Source: Ptychomitrium polyphyllum
Lineage: Eukaryota
DNA length: 64,000 nt
Assembly: GCA_973851085.1 (NCBI GenBank)
Contig: OZ316775.1
Span: 930,001-994,000, forward strand
Direction of reading: 5' to 3'
Part shown: one piece after another, positions 51,301 to 64,000 of the stretch
Position numbering within the stretch: the first letter of the stretch is position 1
Layout of the letters: each line of letters starts with the position of its first letter
Program-made: the position numbers and the translations under genes
The notes under the pieces: model-generated
The model's input: only the letters and a program-made list of their open reading frames with translations
Databases searched by the model: none
Told to the model about the DNA's origin: nothing

Positions 51301-53850
51301 TAAAAATATTTAAATATGATTTTTAATTGTTGTCTTTTTCATCAATTAACCATTATTTTGGATTTTCTATAAATCAAAGTATTTATAGATTTGGAAATTA
51401 TCTCCAAAGAATGTTTTAAATAATACCTATTAGTTAAAAATGAATTTGTTGTGTTAATTAAGATTGTCATACCCAATAGATTGCCATTCTCAAAACGACG
51501 CTTACAAAATTTAATTTGGCAAAAAATGCTAAATTAAGGAAGTTTTTCTATTTAATATCTCTTTTAGATTTAGTTTGTAGTAAAATCCAATCAACTTGAA
51601 ATTTACACTAAATGGATGAAATTTTTGTAAATTAAAGTAGGTTGCATTTATTCAATGTAACTTGATATTAAATGCTACATTACATAACATGATGATGTAT
51701 GATTATTTAATATTTTTTTTTTTTATTAATGAATTAAAAACGATCTGTTAATAGAATTTATAATTGTTCCATGTTAAAAAGGCTTATAATTTTATATATA
51801 AAGATTTTTTTTTCCATTCTTCTTTCCGTTTTCTACCTTCACAAAACAAAATGTGAGCCTTAATATTTTTATTAATTGCTTTATTAAGTATATCCTACAA
51901 ATTGAATAATTTAATTAACCTTTATAATTGTCATATTACAAGTTTATTACACCAAGTCTTCAATGATTTTTTGAATTCCTTTTATGTGCTTTGGCTACAA
52001 TACATCTTCATACTATACATAATGATTTAGATTTAGCTAATTCAAGGTTTATAAATGCAAATTAAAAATATTAGCATACATTCATCTTCTAATTATTGAT
52101 TATGTGCCATTACAATTTCTTATTCAAAGTTTATTTTTTTGAATGGGTTTTGAAATTCTGATAAATTTTTTGTTTTAAACATCACTTTAAGTTCATGTTT
52201 TAAACTTATTGACATGAATATCTTGCACATAGAAATATATACATAAATAAAATGTGTACAAATATGAGTGTAATTCCAACCAAGCCCTTTTTACCTTCTA
52301 TAACAATAAAATGCGGTAAATAAAACAGTATTGTAATACATTAGTGGTGTACCAAGTAAAATATATTGGCATATGAAAAAAAACATTGTAAGATTTCATG
52401 AGCTTGTTTTACATTTTCTTCTTTGTACTAAATATTTAATGAACTATTATTCACTTGATGTATGAAAAGTGACCTTATACATAAGAAGATCTTTATTATT
52501 AATGAAATCTTGAACTTGATAAGATGTTGCTCAATTGTGATAATAATATTAATTCTTTATATTTTATATGTTATTCAATATGAAAATTGTGGTGGTGATG
52601 TTCTATTTATTTTGCACCATAGGTTTAAATAGTAGTTATTGTTTTATTTGTTGATAAATTGATTTCAATTCACATTTATGTTGTTTTATTTACATGCAAA
52701 AGTATTGGCTACAAAAGTTTGTATTACATTATCCAAATAAATGCTTCAATTTCATCTTTACATTGTATACAATTAATGATGTGCAGTTATTTTACAATTG
52801 CAATTAGCTTTCATAATTCAATATAATAGTAGCAAATTTTTGTGTTTTCAACCAAAAAATCATTAAAGTTTAAGAATTTATATTAAAAGACCTTGTTTAA
52901 TTTTGGTAAATTAGAAAATAAATAGGAAAATAAAATTAAAAATACCATATAAATTTTTGATATACAAGTAAAATTTTAATTACTATTTATAAGCAATTAC
53001 TATTTAGTAAAATGAATGTCAATGGTTGTATATAGCATTATAAAGCCTAATTTTTATTGTTATAATTGCATTCAAAATATTAATTTATTCCACCAAAATT
53101 TTTGGAGTTTATATTCTAAAGTTTGAAAAATATCGATGATTTTTTTTAAGTAAATAAATATCAAATTAAAATTTAATGTACATAATTTCTAAAGTAAAAA
53201 TAGTCAAATGATAGAAATTGAATAATGTTATATAACATAATACCATCATAAATAAAAAACATTTGGTTTAAAAGTATTAAAAGTTAATAGTTTTATGACA
53301 ATATGTTAAATTTTCATTAAAGTTTAAAATTACTGTGATTGATTTTATTAGATTGAATAAATTGAATTAGTCTAAATGATTCAAATGAAGTAGCTGTACA
53401 TATAAAAAAATTGAGTGGAAAGAACAAATTTGGAACAAACTTAATCATGTTTAGTTTATAAACAAAAAATCAAGATTTTTTTTTTTAAAAGGATGGAAAC
53501 ATTCAATCTTGGGATAACACATGATTTCAAGAGTGATTTGTTAGACCCTATCATTAACTTGTATTTGATTAGTCATACTTTATGCATGGCCTGTTTTTTC
53601 TATTCAAATAAAGTTTTGTACTATATTGTATGTATGTAATCATATGTTGTTTGAAAGATATTTATAATAATAGTATAAAGACAATGGTTCTACATTGGTC
53701 TGAATGACTACACTCCACCTCATTGAAGAAGGTTTACCACTTATCCTATTTACTACAACTACTGGAATCAGGAACAAATACTTGTATTAATTTGATAATT
53801 ACAAGAAAGTATAAGTCGTAATAATCATGATAACAATACAATAACAAGTT
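48400..53850. other. Very AT-rich, CpG-poor intergenic block, probably decayed transposon relics
   Basis: No ORF of 60 aa or more in the track; homopolymer runs; CG dinucleotides nearly absent. Confidence 0.5.
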
Positions 53851-55039
53851 TCAGCCGGATGAAAGTATATCCAACCAACGGATGAACGCATCTATTCACT
53901 GGATGAACGAAGCCACCGCGGCTGCAGAGGAATACCACAACCCCATTCACACCACCACAGTCCCTTCGTGTTCGACGCTCGCTGATTCTGTAAGATTTCG
54001 CAGCACCGCCTCAATGTCGCACTTCCTACAGATCCTCTCCACCACCACCACTGCGTCCGCCCATCTCACCACCGTCTCTATCTCCGTCACTACACTTCTC
54101 TCACCTCACCGTCCTCAGCTTTTGTCTTCTGTCTTCTCATCTCTCTAATCTCCAGGTCCCAACTTGCAGATCAACCAACTGGATTCACAGTGAACTCCTC
54201 TCCACTGCATTGCATCCCTTGACTGCTCACTGTATCCCACATGAGTTTCGTCTTATGGATTGGGTGAATTTGGATGAATTTGGATGCAGAGTCTGCATCC
54301 CCATCTGCATTGCCATCCCATGATTTGCAACTGAATCAACCCCTCCTGGAAGGGTGGTGCTGTCCAAGATTCGAGTTTGGTGCGTTGTTGTGGTGATTCA
54401 AGTGGCAGCTTCTCGGAGGTCCTTTTGGAGATTGCATTGATGCGGTTTTGGATCTTTCGTTGAAGTTCGGTGCGGGAGGTTTTGGTTTGCATTTGGTGGT
54501 GAAGACTGAGTTTTAGCCTCTTTGGTGATAATTATTATACCTCATCCTGGTGGTTCTTGGGATAGGTTTCGAGTTCTGGGTAGAATAGGGTTGGTGTCGC
54601 TTTTTGGATTGTGTCTATGAGGCGGACCTGGGTGATTTTTGCAGGAGCTTCATAGATTGTCGGAGCTAGAAGCTGCTTGCATCTGTAGGTTGGTGCGAGA
54701 CGCCTATGTAAATGTGACGGTTTGGAGATTCTGGGAGGAGGGTGTGGTCAAAATTTGATGTGCAGGGTTTTGGTTTGAGAGTTCGGATCAGATGGACATG
54801 TGTGCAAGGTGGGTTCTTTTGGAGGATTCTTGCATAAACCCTAAATTTCCCGGGGTTGCTGGAGAGGAGGTCCTCAGTGTTGCGTTTAGGTTCGTGGGAT
54901 TGCATGCAATATGCAATCCCAGCATTGTCAATATAGCTTAATGTCTACGATCCTGTTTTGCTCAGTAGATCGATCGAGACATAGAAGCGCTGTTGCACAG
55001 ACGAGGGAGCCTAGACGAGTAGGAGATTCTTTTCGCATT

Positions 55040-57571
55040 ATGTCTGGCCAGTTCATGTTTCCTGGAACTCCGCGCTTTAGGAAACGGATGAATTCTCGCA
55101 AACCGTTCTGCCTGGGTATGGCCATTCTCCTCTGTATCGTCACTGGCTACCAATTAGCGCCTCATAAACATCCAAGTCGGGAATTTATCCTGGATTACTC
55201 TGCAGGCCCTCGCAGTTCTGCTACCATAGCTCCAGAAGTTGGTGGAAATGGAGTGGAGTCTTCGAAGGAGAAGAACCGTGCGACAGCTGATGACTTCGAA
55301 CTACGACAGTCCGAGTTTTGCACCAACAATTGTAACAGTTCGGACATCTACAGAAGATTATGGTACCACGCGAGGATTAGAGAAAACACTCAGAATTTTC
55401 AGCCGAGCGAGGATGCAGGCGATCCGTATCGAGAGTCGATCGAGACAAACCTCGTCACCAAAGATTTTCGTGTGCTTATCAAGGTTCTTGCTTTCAACAG
55501 GTTGGAGTCTTTGACTCGATGTCTCCACTCTTTAGCAGTAGCAGACTATGGAGGCGACAATGTCAATATTCAGATTTTTGTTGACCATTTTCGATATGAA
55601 GAGACTAAGAGAAATGAAAGCCATGAGAATAGTGAAGTTGCCTCTGGAGTAGGAAAGGTGGCCGTGTCTGGTTCCGAAAGGGAGATACCATCTTCAGAGT
55701 CCCTAGAGCCAAGTAAAGTAGAGGGAGGAGTTAGAAGGTTGCTGTGGGGTTTCTTTAAAAGAAAGGAGATTCACGAAGTCAAAGCAGATATGCAAGCAAA
55801 TTCCACAACAACAAAAAAGTCGGGCTATGCTCCAGATTCTGGTCAGAGAGATTCTGTTTTAGAGGCTGGGCAGGAAGTTGTTGGCAGGTCAAGCGACGAT
55901 TCTGGAAAGAAGAAGGGACCTCAGGAACGGAAATCTAGAGTTGAAGCTCCCCTTCATGCAAAGAGTTCTGTTGATATGCATCATGAAAAACAAGGAGGCT
56001 TCAACGATGATATCCCCCGTCAAGGATTTGAAACGAATTCTTTGAATACCCGGCTGAGAGAAGCGCATGAGATTCTGAAGTTTGTGGATGAGTTCTGGTG
56101 GAGTCACGGTACGAAGGAGATTCATTACAGGAGCCAGAACGTAGGGCTACAAGCGCAGTGGATAGAATCATGGTGGCCAGCGAATCTGGACGAATTTGCA
56201 TTTATAGTTGAAGATGACATGGAAGTTTCAAATCTTTACTACCGATTCTTGCGTACTGTGGTTGCTACGTATTACTATAATCCTGAACAATATGATCCTT
56301 CTGTTTACGGGATCTCACTCCAACGTCCAAGATTTGTACCTGGGAAAGGAGGTTTACAACTTAAGGTCAATAGCACGAAGAATCTTTTCTTGTATCCATT
56401 GGTTGGAACTTGGGGCCAGCTGTTGTTTCCGAAACAGTGGAAGGAGTTTCGGTTATGGTATGATAACCATAAGAGTAAAGGAGAGAGGCCGGTTCTGGAA
56501 GGGATGGTTACAAACTCATGGTATAAGAAACTGGGGGAGAGGATATGGACTCCATGGTTTGTGAAATTTGTGCATGTTCGAGGCTACTTCAATCTTTACA
56601 CCAATTTCTTGAATGAGAGAGCATTGTCAGTTTCGCATCGTGAACCCGGCTCAAATTACAAGAAATCAGCCGGACCTGACTCTCTGCTTGTCGATACAAC
56701 GGAAGCGGGGAACGACACCATGCTCTGGGTAATGTCACCTTCCAAATCATTACCCCAATTTGATTCCTGCTTTCGAGATGTGAAAAGATGGAAGATTGCT
56801 AGAACTTCAACTGAGCTCAGCCCCATGCTCGCGTTTATGGAGATGAATAACTCTGTCTTGCTAGTGAATATCATTGATGTGCACAGCGTGCTGGTTCGCA
56901 ACTGGCTGTGTCATATGGAAAGGTTAGGGATGCGAAAATTTGTTATTTTGGGGGATGATGATGAATTAGTTAATGACCTTTCTAGACGAGGTTATGCAAC
57001 GGTGTCAACTCAGCTTTTTACTAAAACTGAGACAGTAGTGACCATTCTTAGGAGAGATATGATCGCCGTGCAAGCTGTGCACGAAATACTCAACCTAGGA
57101 TACAGTGTGTGGCTAACCAGGGCAGACACGATGTGGTTAGAAAATCCTATTGATACTAGGGTTGACATAGGGGGAAGTAGCGACGTGATGGGGTCACAAC
57201 CTCTAGATGGGTTTCATCCAGCCCTTTTGTACATAAAAGCCTCTCAAGGAATTTTACGTGTGTGGAGTAAGTGGGTTGTTAACATTTCAGTCATAGCTAG
57301 AGACTCGAGGAATATCAACACTACTAGACATTACAGTGTGTGGCCTGGTTTCCAGAGTTTCATCATGTCAAATAAGAACTGCCGTTACTTGGCCTTGCCG
57401 TCAAACCTCTCAGGAAGTTTCAAGGATTTACAAACCGTAGGATCTAGTAAAAAGGTCATTTTGTTCAACGGAATACGGGGTAGGAACGTGCTATTACTTA
57501 TCCACACATTAAAAGCAGCAGGTCTGTGGGCAATCGACAAAGACTTGGCATGTAAACGAGTATACTGTTAG
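55040..57571 (+). CDS. Type II membrane glycosyltransferase with a GT-A-like N-terminal domain and a C-terminal nucleotide-diphospho-sugar transferase-like domain; single coding exon (true start uncertain: 54911, 55040 or 55088)
   Basis: Signal anchor FCLGMAILLCIVTGY; IKVLAFNRLESLTRCLHSLAVADY; NVGLQAQWIESWWP; FIVEDDMEVS; second domain VRNWLCHMERLG..ILNLGYSVWLTRADTMWLENP. Confidence 0.85.
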   Translation: MSGQFMFPGTPRFRKRMNSRKPFCLGMAILLCIVTGYQLAPHKHPSREFILDYSAGPRSSATIAPEVGGNGVESSKEKNRATADDFELRQSEFCTNNCNSSDIYRRLWYHARIRENTQNFQPSEDAGDPYRESIETNLVTKDFRVLIKVLAFNRLESLTRCLHSLAVADYGGDNVNIQIFVDHFRYEETKRNESHENSEVASGVGKVAVSGSEREIPSSESLEPSKVEGGVRRLLWGFFKRKEIHEVKADMQANSTTTKKSGYAPDSGQRDSVLEAGQEVVGRSSDDSGKKKGPQERKSRVEAPLHAKSSVDMHHEKQGGFNDDIPRQGFETNSLNTRLREAHEILKFVDEFWWSHGTKEIHYRSQNVGLQAQWIESWWPANLDEFAFIVEDDMEVSNLYYRFLRTVVATYYYNPEQYDPSVYGISLQRPRFVPGKGGLQLKVNSTKNLFLYPLVGTWGQLLFPKQWKEFRLWYDNHKSKGERPVLEGMVTNSWYKKLGERIWTPWFVKFVHVRGYFNLYTNFLNERALSVSHREPGSNYKKSAGPDSLLVDTTEAGNDTMLWVMSPSKSLPQFDSCFRDVKRWKIARTSTELSPMLAFMEMNNSVLLVNIIDVHSVLVRNWLCHMERLGMRKFVILGDDDELVNDLSRRGYATVSTQLFTKTETVVTILRRDMIAVQAVHEILNLGYSVWLTRADTMWLENPIDTRVDIGGSSDVMGSQPLDGFHPALLYIKASQGILRVWSKWVVNISVIARDSRNINTTRHYSVWPGFQSFIMSNKNCRYLALPSNLSGSFKDLQTVGSSKKVILFNGIRGRNVLLLIHTLKAAGLWAIDKDLACKRVYC

Positions 57572-59307
57572 CTATAAGGTTCAAGTTTAGGAGTGAGAGG
57601 TCTACTAGGTTAGTGTAGCTACTAGGTTAGTGCTACCGGTGCATTTCTTTAACTCGGGGTGTAAGGGTGCGTTTTAAGGTTGTGCCCTATGGCTAACCTG
57701 CCCGATAGCAGTCAAACAATTTTAGGACCAGTTACGCAACCATTTTTTGTTCAGTGCTTATTGAACCATTGAATGCCTGTTACTCATACAAGCTGATATA
57801 ATACCATGGGGAGATTCTTTTGTAATCATCTCTCAATTGATTACTAACTCCCGTCTTCGTTACCATTTTATGCGGATAGGCCTCTTTTGAGATTGCTGCA
57901 GTTCTTATGTTTCTGTGCTGCTGAGAATAGGATTACTTCGTTGACTTCATTCTGTGACTTCAGTGTTGCTTTGGAATTTAACATCTAAGCTGGTTGTGCT
58001 TCTTGTGAGCTTGTAGATTAGGTTCTGCTTATGATGAGTAATTATTAAAGCATGTTTAGGTATAGTAGAAAAAACATCATCAAATGGTGGTGCAGATGCC
58101 CTATCGTATATGAAAATGCGAAACTGGATATGGTGATGTTGCACTTACTGCAGAATATAATTCATCTTGGAGATTATAGTCAACACCATGAATGAGTTGC
58201 AATACAATTCGAGAATCAAGAGTCTGGAGAGGTCGATAGGCTAATGGAAATACAAACACATGAATGAGTTATAATCTAGACTCTATCCAATAGAATCTTC
58301 AATGTTACACTTGAACATCTTTGTTCCTCACAAAGTGAGTCACGATTTACCTGTTGTGAGGTTTGAATTTGGAGAGGCAATCATTGTAAAGGCAAAGGTA
58401 ACTGCTGAATTATGATGTGATCCACCTTAGCACAAGAGAAAGTCCGAGACGCTACAAAACCAAGTGCTTCCCTATATTGGTTGTGTGATAGTTGTCACCG
58501 GAATAGGTGTTTGATAGACCAGTTCCTTCCATTATCCATTTTTGAAAATTATCAAGTTAAAAACTATTAGGAACATTAGGCTTAGTAAGTAATATGTTGA
58601 TTGTTGGATGTCCCTAGTTATTCCCCACCACTACACCATAACAAGAAGCAAATAATAAACTCGGACTGCTAAAATGGAAACTAACAATGTGAATAAAAAT
58701 ATTTTTGGAATACGCTCGCTGCTAAAAGGAGATATGACCGAGGCAAAATTCTCACATGCTTTTATGTGGACAATTACTCATGGATTATAATTACATGATT
58801 GCCTATTTGTGACTCAAGGATAAAGATCAACCAAACACATAATAAGCCTGTTCTAGAGAAGGTTGTTAGCACACAGAAGTATTTATATTATCTAGAAGTA
58901 TTTAAAGAAGCAGTATCCATTGGAATTTGAAAACACAATTTCAATCACGAAATATCAAGGTTTGGGAGAGAATGTCATTAATATGCATTGAATTGCACTA
59001 ATAGCACAAAGGCATAACCTTCTATGCTGTTATGGATACTTTGATCAAGTTGTACCTTTGACAACAAGAGTCCAAAAGTGAACAAGTGATTCAGCAATAT
59101 TTCTTCTACATTTTGAACACATAGCATGCTGCACTTAAGTTTACTTAGAAACCGAGAATCTAATGCCCCAAATTTAGGGCTTCCATCAACTTCCGCAACT
59201 ACACGCTCATTCTGGATAGAAGACACTGTCAAAGAATTCCTAAATGGTAGCTCCCCAATATCGTGGTTATTCCTAGTGTACAAAACTGTGAAAGCAGCTA
59301 AACCAAG

Positions 59308-62112
59308 TTACTTCTTCCCCTTGATTTTAGTCTCCACAACCAAGACTTCAGAACCAAGATCAAACATCCTTTCTAGTGCCTGCATGTTCTCAATTGTCTC
59401 ACTCACCGTCTTTGAGTCGTTTCCATCCGATCTCAGATGCTGCATAGGACCATGTAACAACTTGTTTACAATGCTCCTGCTTAAATCTTCAACAGCCCGT
59501 TTCTGCTTTGATGTTATACCCTCCGGCAGTTTGCTCAAACATTTCTCTAGTTCTGATTGTCTGATGCGTTCAGCATAAGATCGCAGTTTCTTAATTGTTG
59601 GCACAGTCTCTAAGGAATCCCTCCACGCTTCAAAATTTTGAATTTCGTCATCGATGATGAATTGTGCATCAGCCGCCTTTCTTCGCCTGTCCTCCTTGTT
59701 TGCAGCAACCACTTCCTTTAAGTCGTCCACATTGTATACACGCGTGCCTGGCAAATCGGAGACACAGGCAGCAACATTCCGGGGCACTGAAATATCAATG
59801 AAGTGCCTCACGCCACCGCTAGTCTGCGGAGCATGAAAGTTTCAGGGTCAGGCCATGTAATAGGAAAACATACTAAAATAATCGCAACATGGAGCGATCT
59901 GCAAAATTGTGTAGATAGTCCAAACGCCATCATATGGTTACTATCCATATTTGCAAAAAATTAAATTAAAAAGTAGTCAATTTACGAAATGATGAAAATT
60001 AAATGTAAAAAGAAACATGCAAGCCCAGACTCACCTGTGATGTAGGAAGCATATTTTCCACATTCTCCTTCATAAATAGAGGGACTTCTGACGAGGTACT
60101 CGTAAAAACAAGATCAGCTTCTCCAGTACACCGTAGCATTTCAGAGAGAGGCTCATATATAATTCTAGCTTCCGGAAACTCATTTTGCAGATCCAGAACT
60201 CTTTGCTCTGACCTGTTAACAATTATCATGCGTGTACATCCTTTCGAAACCAAATGCTTCACTAAGAGTTTCGACATTTTTCCAGCACCCACAATCAACA
60301 CATTCACTCGTGAGACGCCCCCTGCTGGAAGTTTCATCACGGCCAATTCAACAGCTGCCGAGCTTACAGAAACAGCTCCGGCAGAAATATTGGTCTCTGT
60401 TCTTACCCGCTTTCCAGCGGTAATGGCTTGCTTGAACAGACCTGTAAGATTACGACCGAAACCAGAAACTTCTTGCCCAACCTTCAAAACTTGCTTGACC
60501 TGCACATGAAATGAAAATCGGAATCACTTCTGAGTATTTCCCCCAACCTCAATACGAATAATAATCAGCGACGTGGTTGTAATACCATGGCACTACAATT
60601 TGAATTGTCTAATCGATATGGATTGAACTTCACTGTATGCACAGGTGGACATCAACACCTCAAAACCAAACAAAAACTCTGGTAGGGGGTAACAGAAAAG
60701 CATCATCCTCATACCTGCGCAAGAATCTGGCCTTCTCCAAGAACTAAGGAGTCCAGGCCTGAAGAGACTCGGAACAAATGCTGAGTAGCATCTTGGTCCC
60801 GCAGGATAAATAAATGCTCCATCAAATCCTCAACCACGATTCCGCTAGTCTGCAAACCTCGAACAAATCACAAAGGTTAATGGCAACACCTACATGTTGA
60901 GAATTTTCACGTGCATATCCGGAGTCAGCCAAACGATTGCAGCCAGAAAGACAGCAGACAATCAAAGCAGCAAGAAACTTTAAGACATCATTTGTTGTCT
61001 AGTTGCCACCACGCTCGCAGTCCTATAAGCTGTGTGTCTCCAGAAAATATAGACGCAATCATGAATCATGGCAGAATCACCTACGACTAAAATAGGAGTC
61101 AACAAGCTGAATCGAGCAGAATAAATACTCACCTTCGACATCCATTCAGCGACCTCCTTGACTCCTCTGTTCCACGAAACTGCCACCACGTATATCTCAA
61201 ACCGATTACATGTACTGAGGACGCCAGCTTCCTCAATATGGTTCTGGCTTGACAACTCGTCAATAGCACGAGGCCACTCAGCTTCAGGTACTGCAAGCTT
61301 CTCACGCATTTCCACAGGAGCAGTATGCACACTTAAACCCAATACCATAATACTGCTCTTCACTTTAGTGTACCCTGCACACATGAAGGGGGTACAATTA
61401 CTCAAAAGACTAGTCATCACCATTCACCGAAATCCATTACAAGAACCCAAGGAACTTAAAAAAAGTCAATACGTTCACCTCAATATTCTTAATTTTCCAA
61501 ATTAAGAAAATTCTAAACCAGCTAGTTCCTTGAGAAACTAACATTCACAATCATGAGTTCCCTTCACAAGGCTTCCCTCATGTAAGAATTTCATCCCTTT
61601 CGACGCACGGTCAAAGAAGGGTCAAAGAAGCCAGATAAAGACTAAGTTGCAACCGGCACCTCCGACACGTAATTTGAAGTTTGTGAATAGCAAGCTACTC
61701 GAGGTGGTATAACTCCAGGGTCTCAAAACGGCGATACACGACCCATAACAATCGAGATTTCGGAACAGTGAAACCTAAAACCTCCCATTTGAGCACATCC
61801 AGACATTGTGGAATACTCACGATTGGCTCTGGCATTCTGAAACTCCACGAAGGCGGAAAGACTGGCAGCCTTGACCCTGTGGCTGGGCGGCATCGCCGGA
61901 AGCCCATCGGAGCCTGACATATCCGCCCGCGGCGCCCTGCTGCTCTTCCCAGCCCGCTCCACCAGCTTCACCGCCCCCAAACCCCTGCTCGTCCCCAACA
62001 TGCTGGACCTCCCAATCCTCTCCCCCCGCATCCCCACCCCCGTCCCCTTCACCATGCCCGCTTCCCCAAATGCGCGAGCCACGACGCCGGACCTCATCGT
62101 CGCCGCCCCCAT
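59308..62112 (-). CDS. HEMA: Glutamyl-tRNA reductase, chloroplastic; exons 62112-61821, 61374-61133, 60849-60715, 60499-60035, 59823-59308
   Basis: [16 protein letters not shown], catalytic [28 protein letters not shown]-binding [20 protein letters not shown]; transit peptide; canonical introns. Confidence 0.97.
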
Positions 62113-62717
62113 CCCCCACAACACAGCCCCCTTCCAAATGAACCCAAACCCACTCCCCTCTCTCCTCCCCACCCACCTCTCAAAACCTCGCCTTTCAACT
62201 CAGCCCCACCGCGACCATCATGTCAACTCAGTGCCTCGTCCGAGACATCTAAACTCAACGGATTGCAAAGAAAGCCCACGTGTATGAGCAAAAACGAAAC
62301 CTACTTCCTCTCTCCTCCCAAAACCAACGCCTCTCCTCCAAACCCACCTCTCAAAACCTCGCCTGTCAATCCGCCCTCGCGGCTATTCCCACTCCAACTC
62401 GCGCCTGCCCGTACTCCAAACTCACTCGTTCTGCCGAATCTCTCTTCCGAAGGCTGGACACGAAAGCTGAAAACTCCAATGAAAGCTCAAAGCTGAGCCG
62501 GTCACGGTGAACCTGATGGAGGGAGCACTCGGGGTGCGTGGAATGGATCCGAGGGGGAAGCGCGTCGACGCTGCGCCTGGAAGACTAGAGCACTGCAACA
62601 GCCCACGCTCGCACTATCACACAGAGCCTCCAGGCGGGGCTGCCGGGGCCGTCCGATGCGGGGCGCGGGCGCTAGGGACCGTTGGATAGGGTGCTTCTGG
62701 GGCAGGAGTGTGGGCGG

Positions 62718-62870
62718 CACGTGGCCTGGACATATCGCCAACATGGGAGTCTTTGAGTTTTCGCGTTGTTGGTCGTCGTCGTCGTCGTCGACCTTTTCCG
62801 ACACGTGGTACTTTCTCCGGCCTATCGTAGGCCTATGGTAAATGGAGAGCAGGAAAGGATACCCCACGTG
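62718..62870. promoter_or_regulatory. G-box (CACGTG) cluster upstream of HEMA
   Basis: CACGTG at 62718, 62802 and 62865, plus one at 62277. Confidence 0.6.
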
Positions 62871-64000
62871 GGCGCCATCAATGTCCTTGTTGGCGGTCCC
62901 TTACAAGTTGTAATGCCTTGGGCAACCTGTGACCGCTGCCCTGCTTTGCCATGGGATTTCTTTTAATTTTGATTGTTTTGAATTGGTGATTGAAAGCAGC
63001 TGAATCCAAAACTTCTAAGGAATCGTTTACATTAATCCTTGAAAGGTTGGACCATTACAGTTGGAAGAACTAGGTCATCACAATTGGGGAACTCTTGGAT
63101 TCTATATGACACTTTTGGATTTGGAATATTAATGAAGACAAATAATCTTTAGAGGTAAAATTTAAGATTTTGCTACTATATTTCCTAAAAATGAGCATTC
63201 AAGTTTGTTTGTAGATGATATTTGTGCTGCACTTTTTTAAGGCATAAAATAAACTATGGTTGGATTACTTCCAAATATAGTATAAAATATTGAGTTGTAG
63301 ATCCATTGTTTGCCAATTTGTGATAGAACGTGTATTGTATAAGCACATGAATCAAATATTTTTTAGCTTTGATATTCTTCATTGTAATAAGAGAGATAAG
63401 AATGTTCATTTTTCTATTCATGGTTATGAGCCTAGTACAAAGCCTAAAAATATTAGTCAAATTTCCAAGTTAGAAATGATGTTCTTTTTTGGAAAATAAT
63501 CTTCTAAAGAAATTAATGAATTCTTATTAATGGTTTTCTTGAGATTTTCCTATTTTGAGGGGTGTGTTTGTTTTTGGATATGTTTGACCACTCACCTTCT
63601 GCTTGCACAGTCTTGTAGTGGTGTGGCGGTTTACGTTTGTGGATTTGATGTTTGAACAGATGAGAGAAGATCACCAATTGAATTCAGAATTTCTCCGAGT
63701 TGACTCCTGTGCACCATAACATGACTTCCATGTTTACATGATTGGCCTATAGTTGTAACTTGAATCATATCATAAGATTTAAAGCTTGTTGTTTTAACAA
63801 CTTGTAACTTACTTCAGCACAGAGATTTTGACTAAGACTGTAGCTTCCCAGGGCAGGCTGTCATGTCTCAGCAGGTCTCATCAGATTGTCCTCAAGGTAG
63901 GCTGTGCCATTGTCAGAAATTCTTGTCTGTGTCATTTTGACATGAGGCATGATATCAAATGAATGTGTGCCATGCTGCACAATAGTTCCATGTAATTTTA

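Noticed and set aside
54283..54300. Palindrome ggatgcagagtctgcatcc as a possible miRNA
   Set aside because: Stem too short and no extended precursor found.
54911..55039. First ATG of the 886 aa ORF
   Set aside because: Lies before an acceptor-like ttttgctcag/tag site and is probably leader intron; a downstream ATG is more plausible.

Overview
Eukaryotic, intron-rich land-plant genomic DNA; a moss/bryophyte origin is inferred from the gene style and a Tcn1-like chromovirus. Contents in order: two convergent DUF674 genes; a spliced gene with a plastid-type poly-Gly N-terminus whose mature part reads like a cyanobacterial SLH/OprB-type (SomA/Slr1841-like) porin lacking its SLH domain (top finding); a GC-rich intronless gene present twice as a nearly identical 1.66 kb inverted duplication about 34 kb apart with different N-termini; a double-B3 (REM-like) gene with a chromo-like tail; a MATE transporter; a decayed full-length Ty3/gypsy chromovirus (LTRs, TACAT target-site duplication, self-priming PBS, -1 frameshift pseudoknot, HSE-like LTR repeats); a pectin methylesterase; a huge disordered protein with a degenerate DHH/PRUNE-like domain; a ~620 nt GC-rich foldback hairpin behind a TATA box; a two-domain glycosyltransferase; and HEMA (glutamyl-tRNA reductase) with G-boxes upstream. 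Exon boundaries were read by eye from GT/AG sites and frame continuity; family calls rest on recalled motifs, not database searches.
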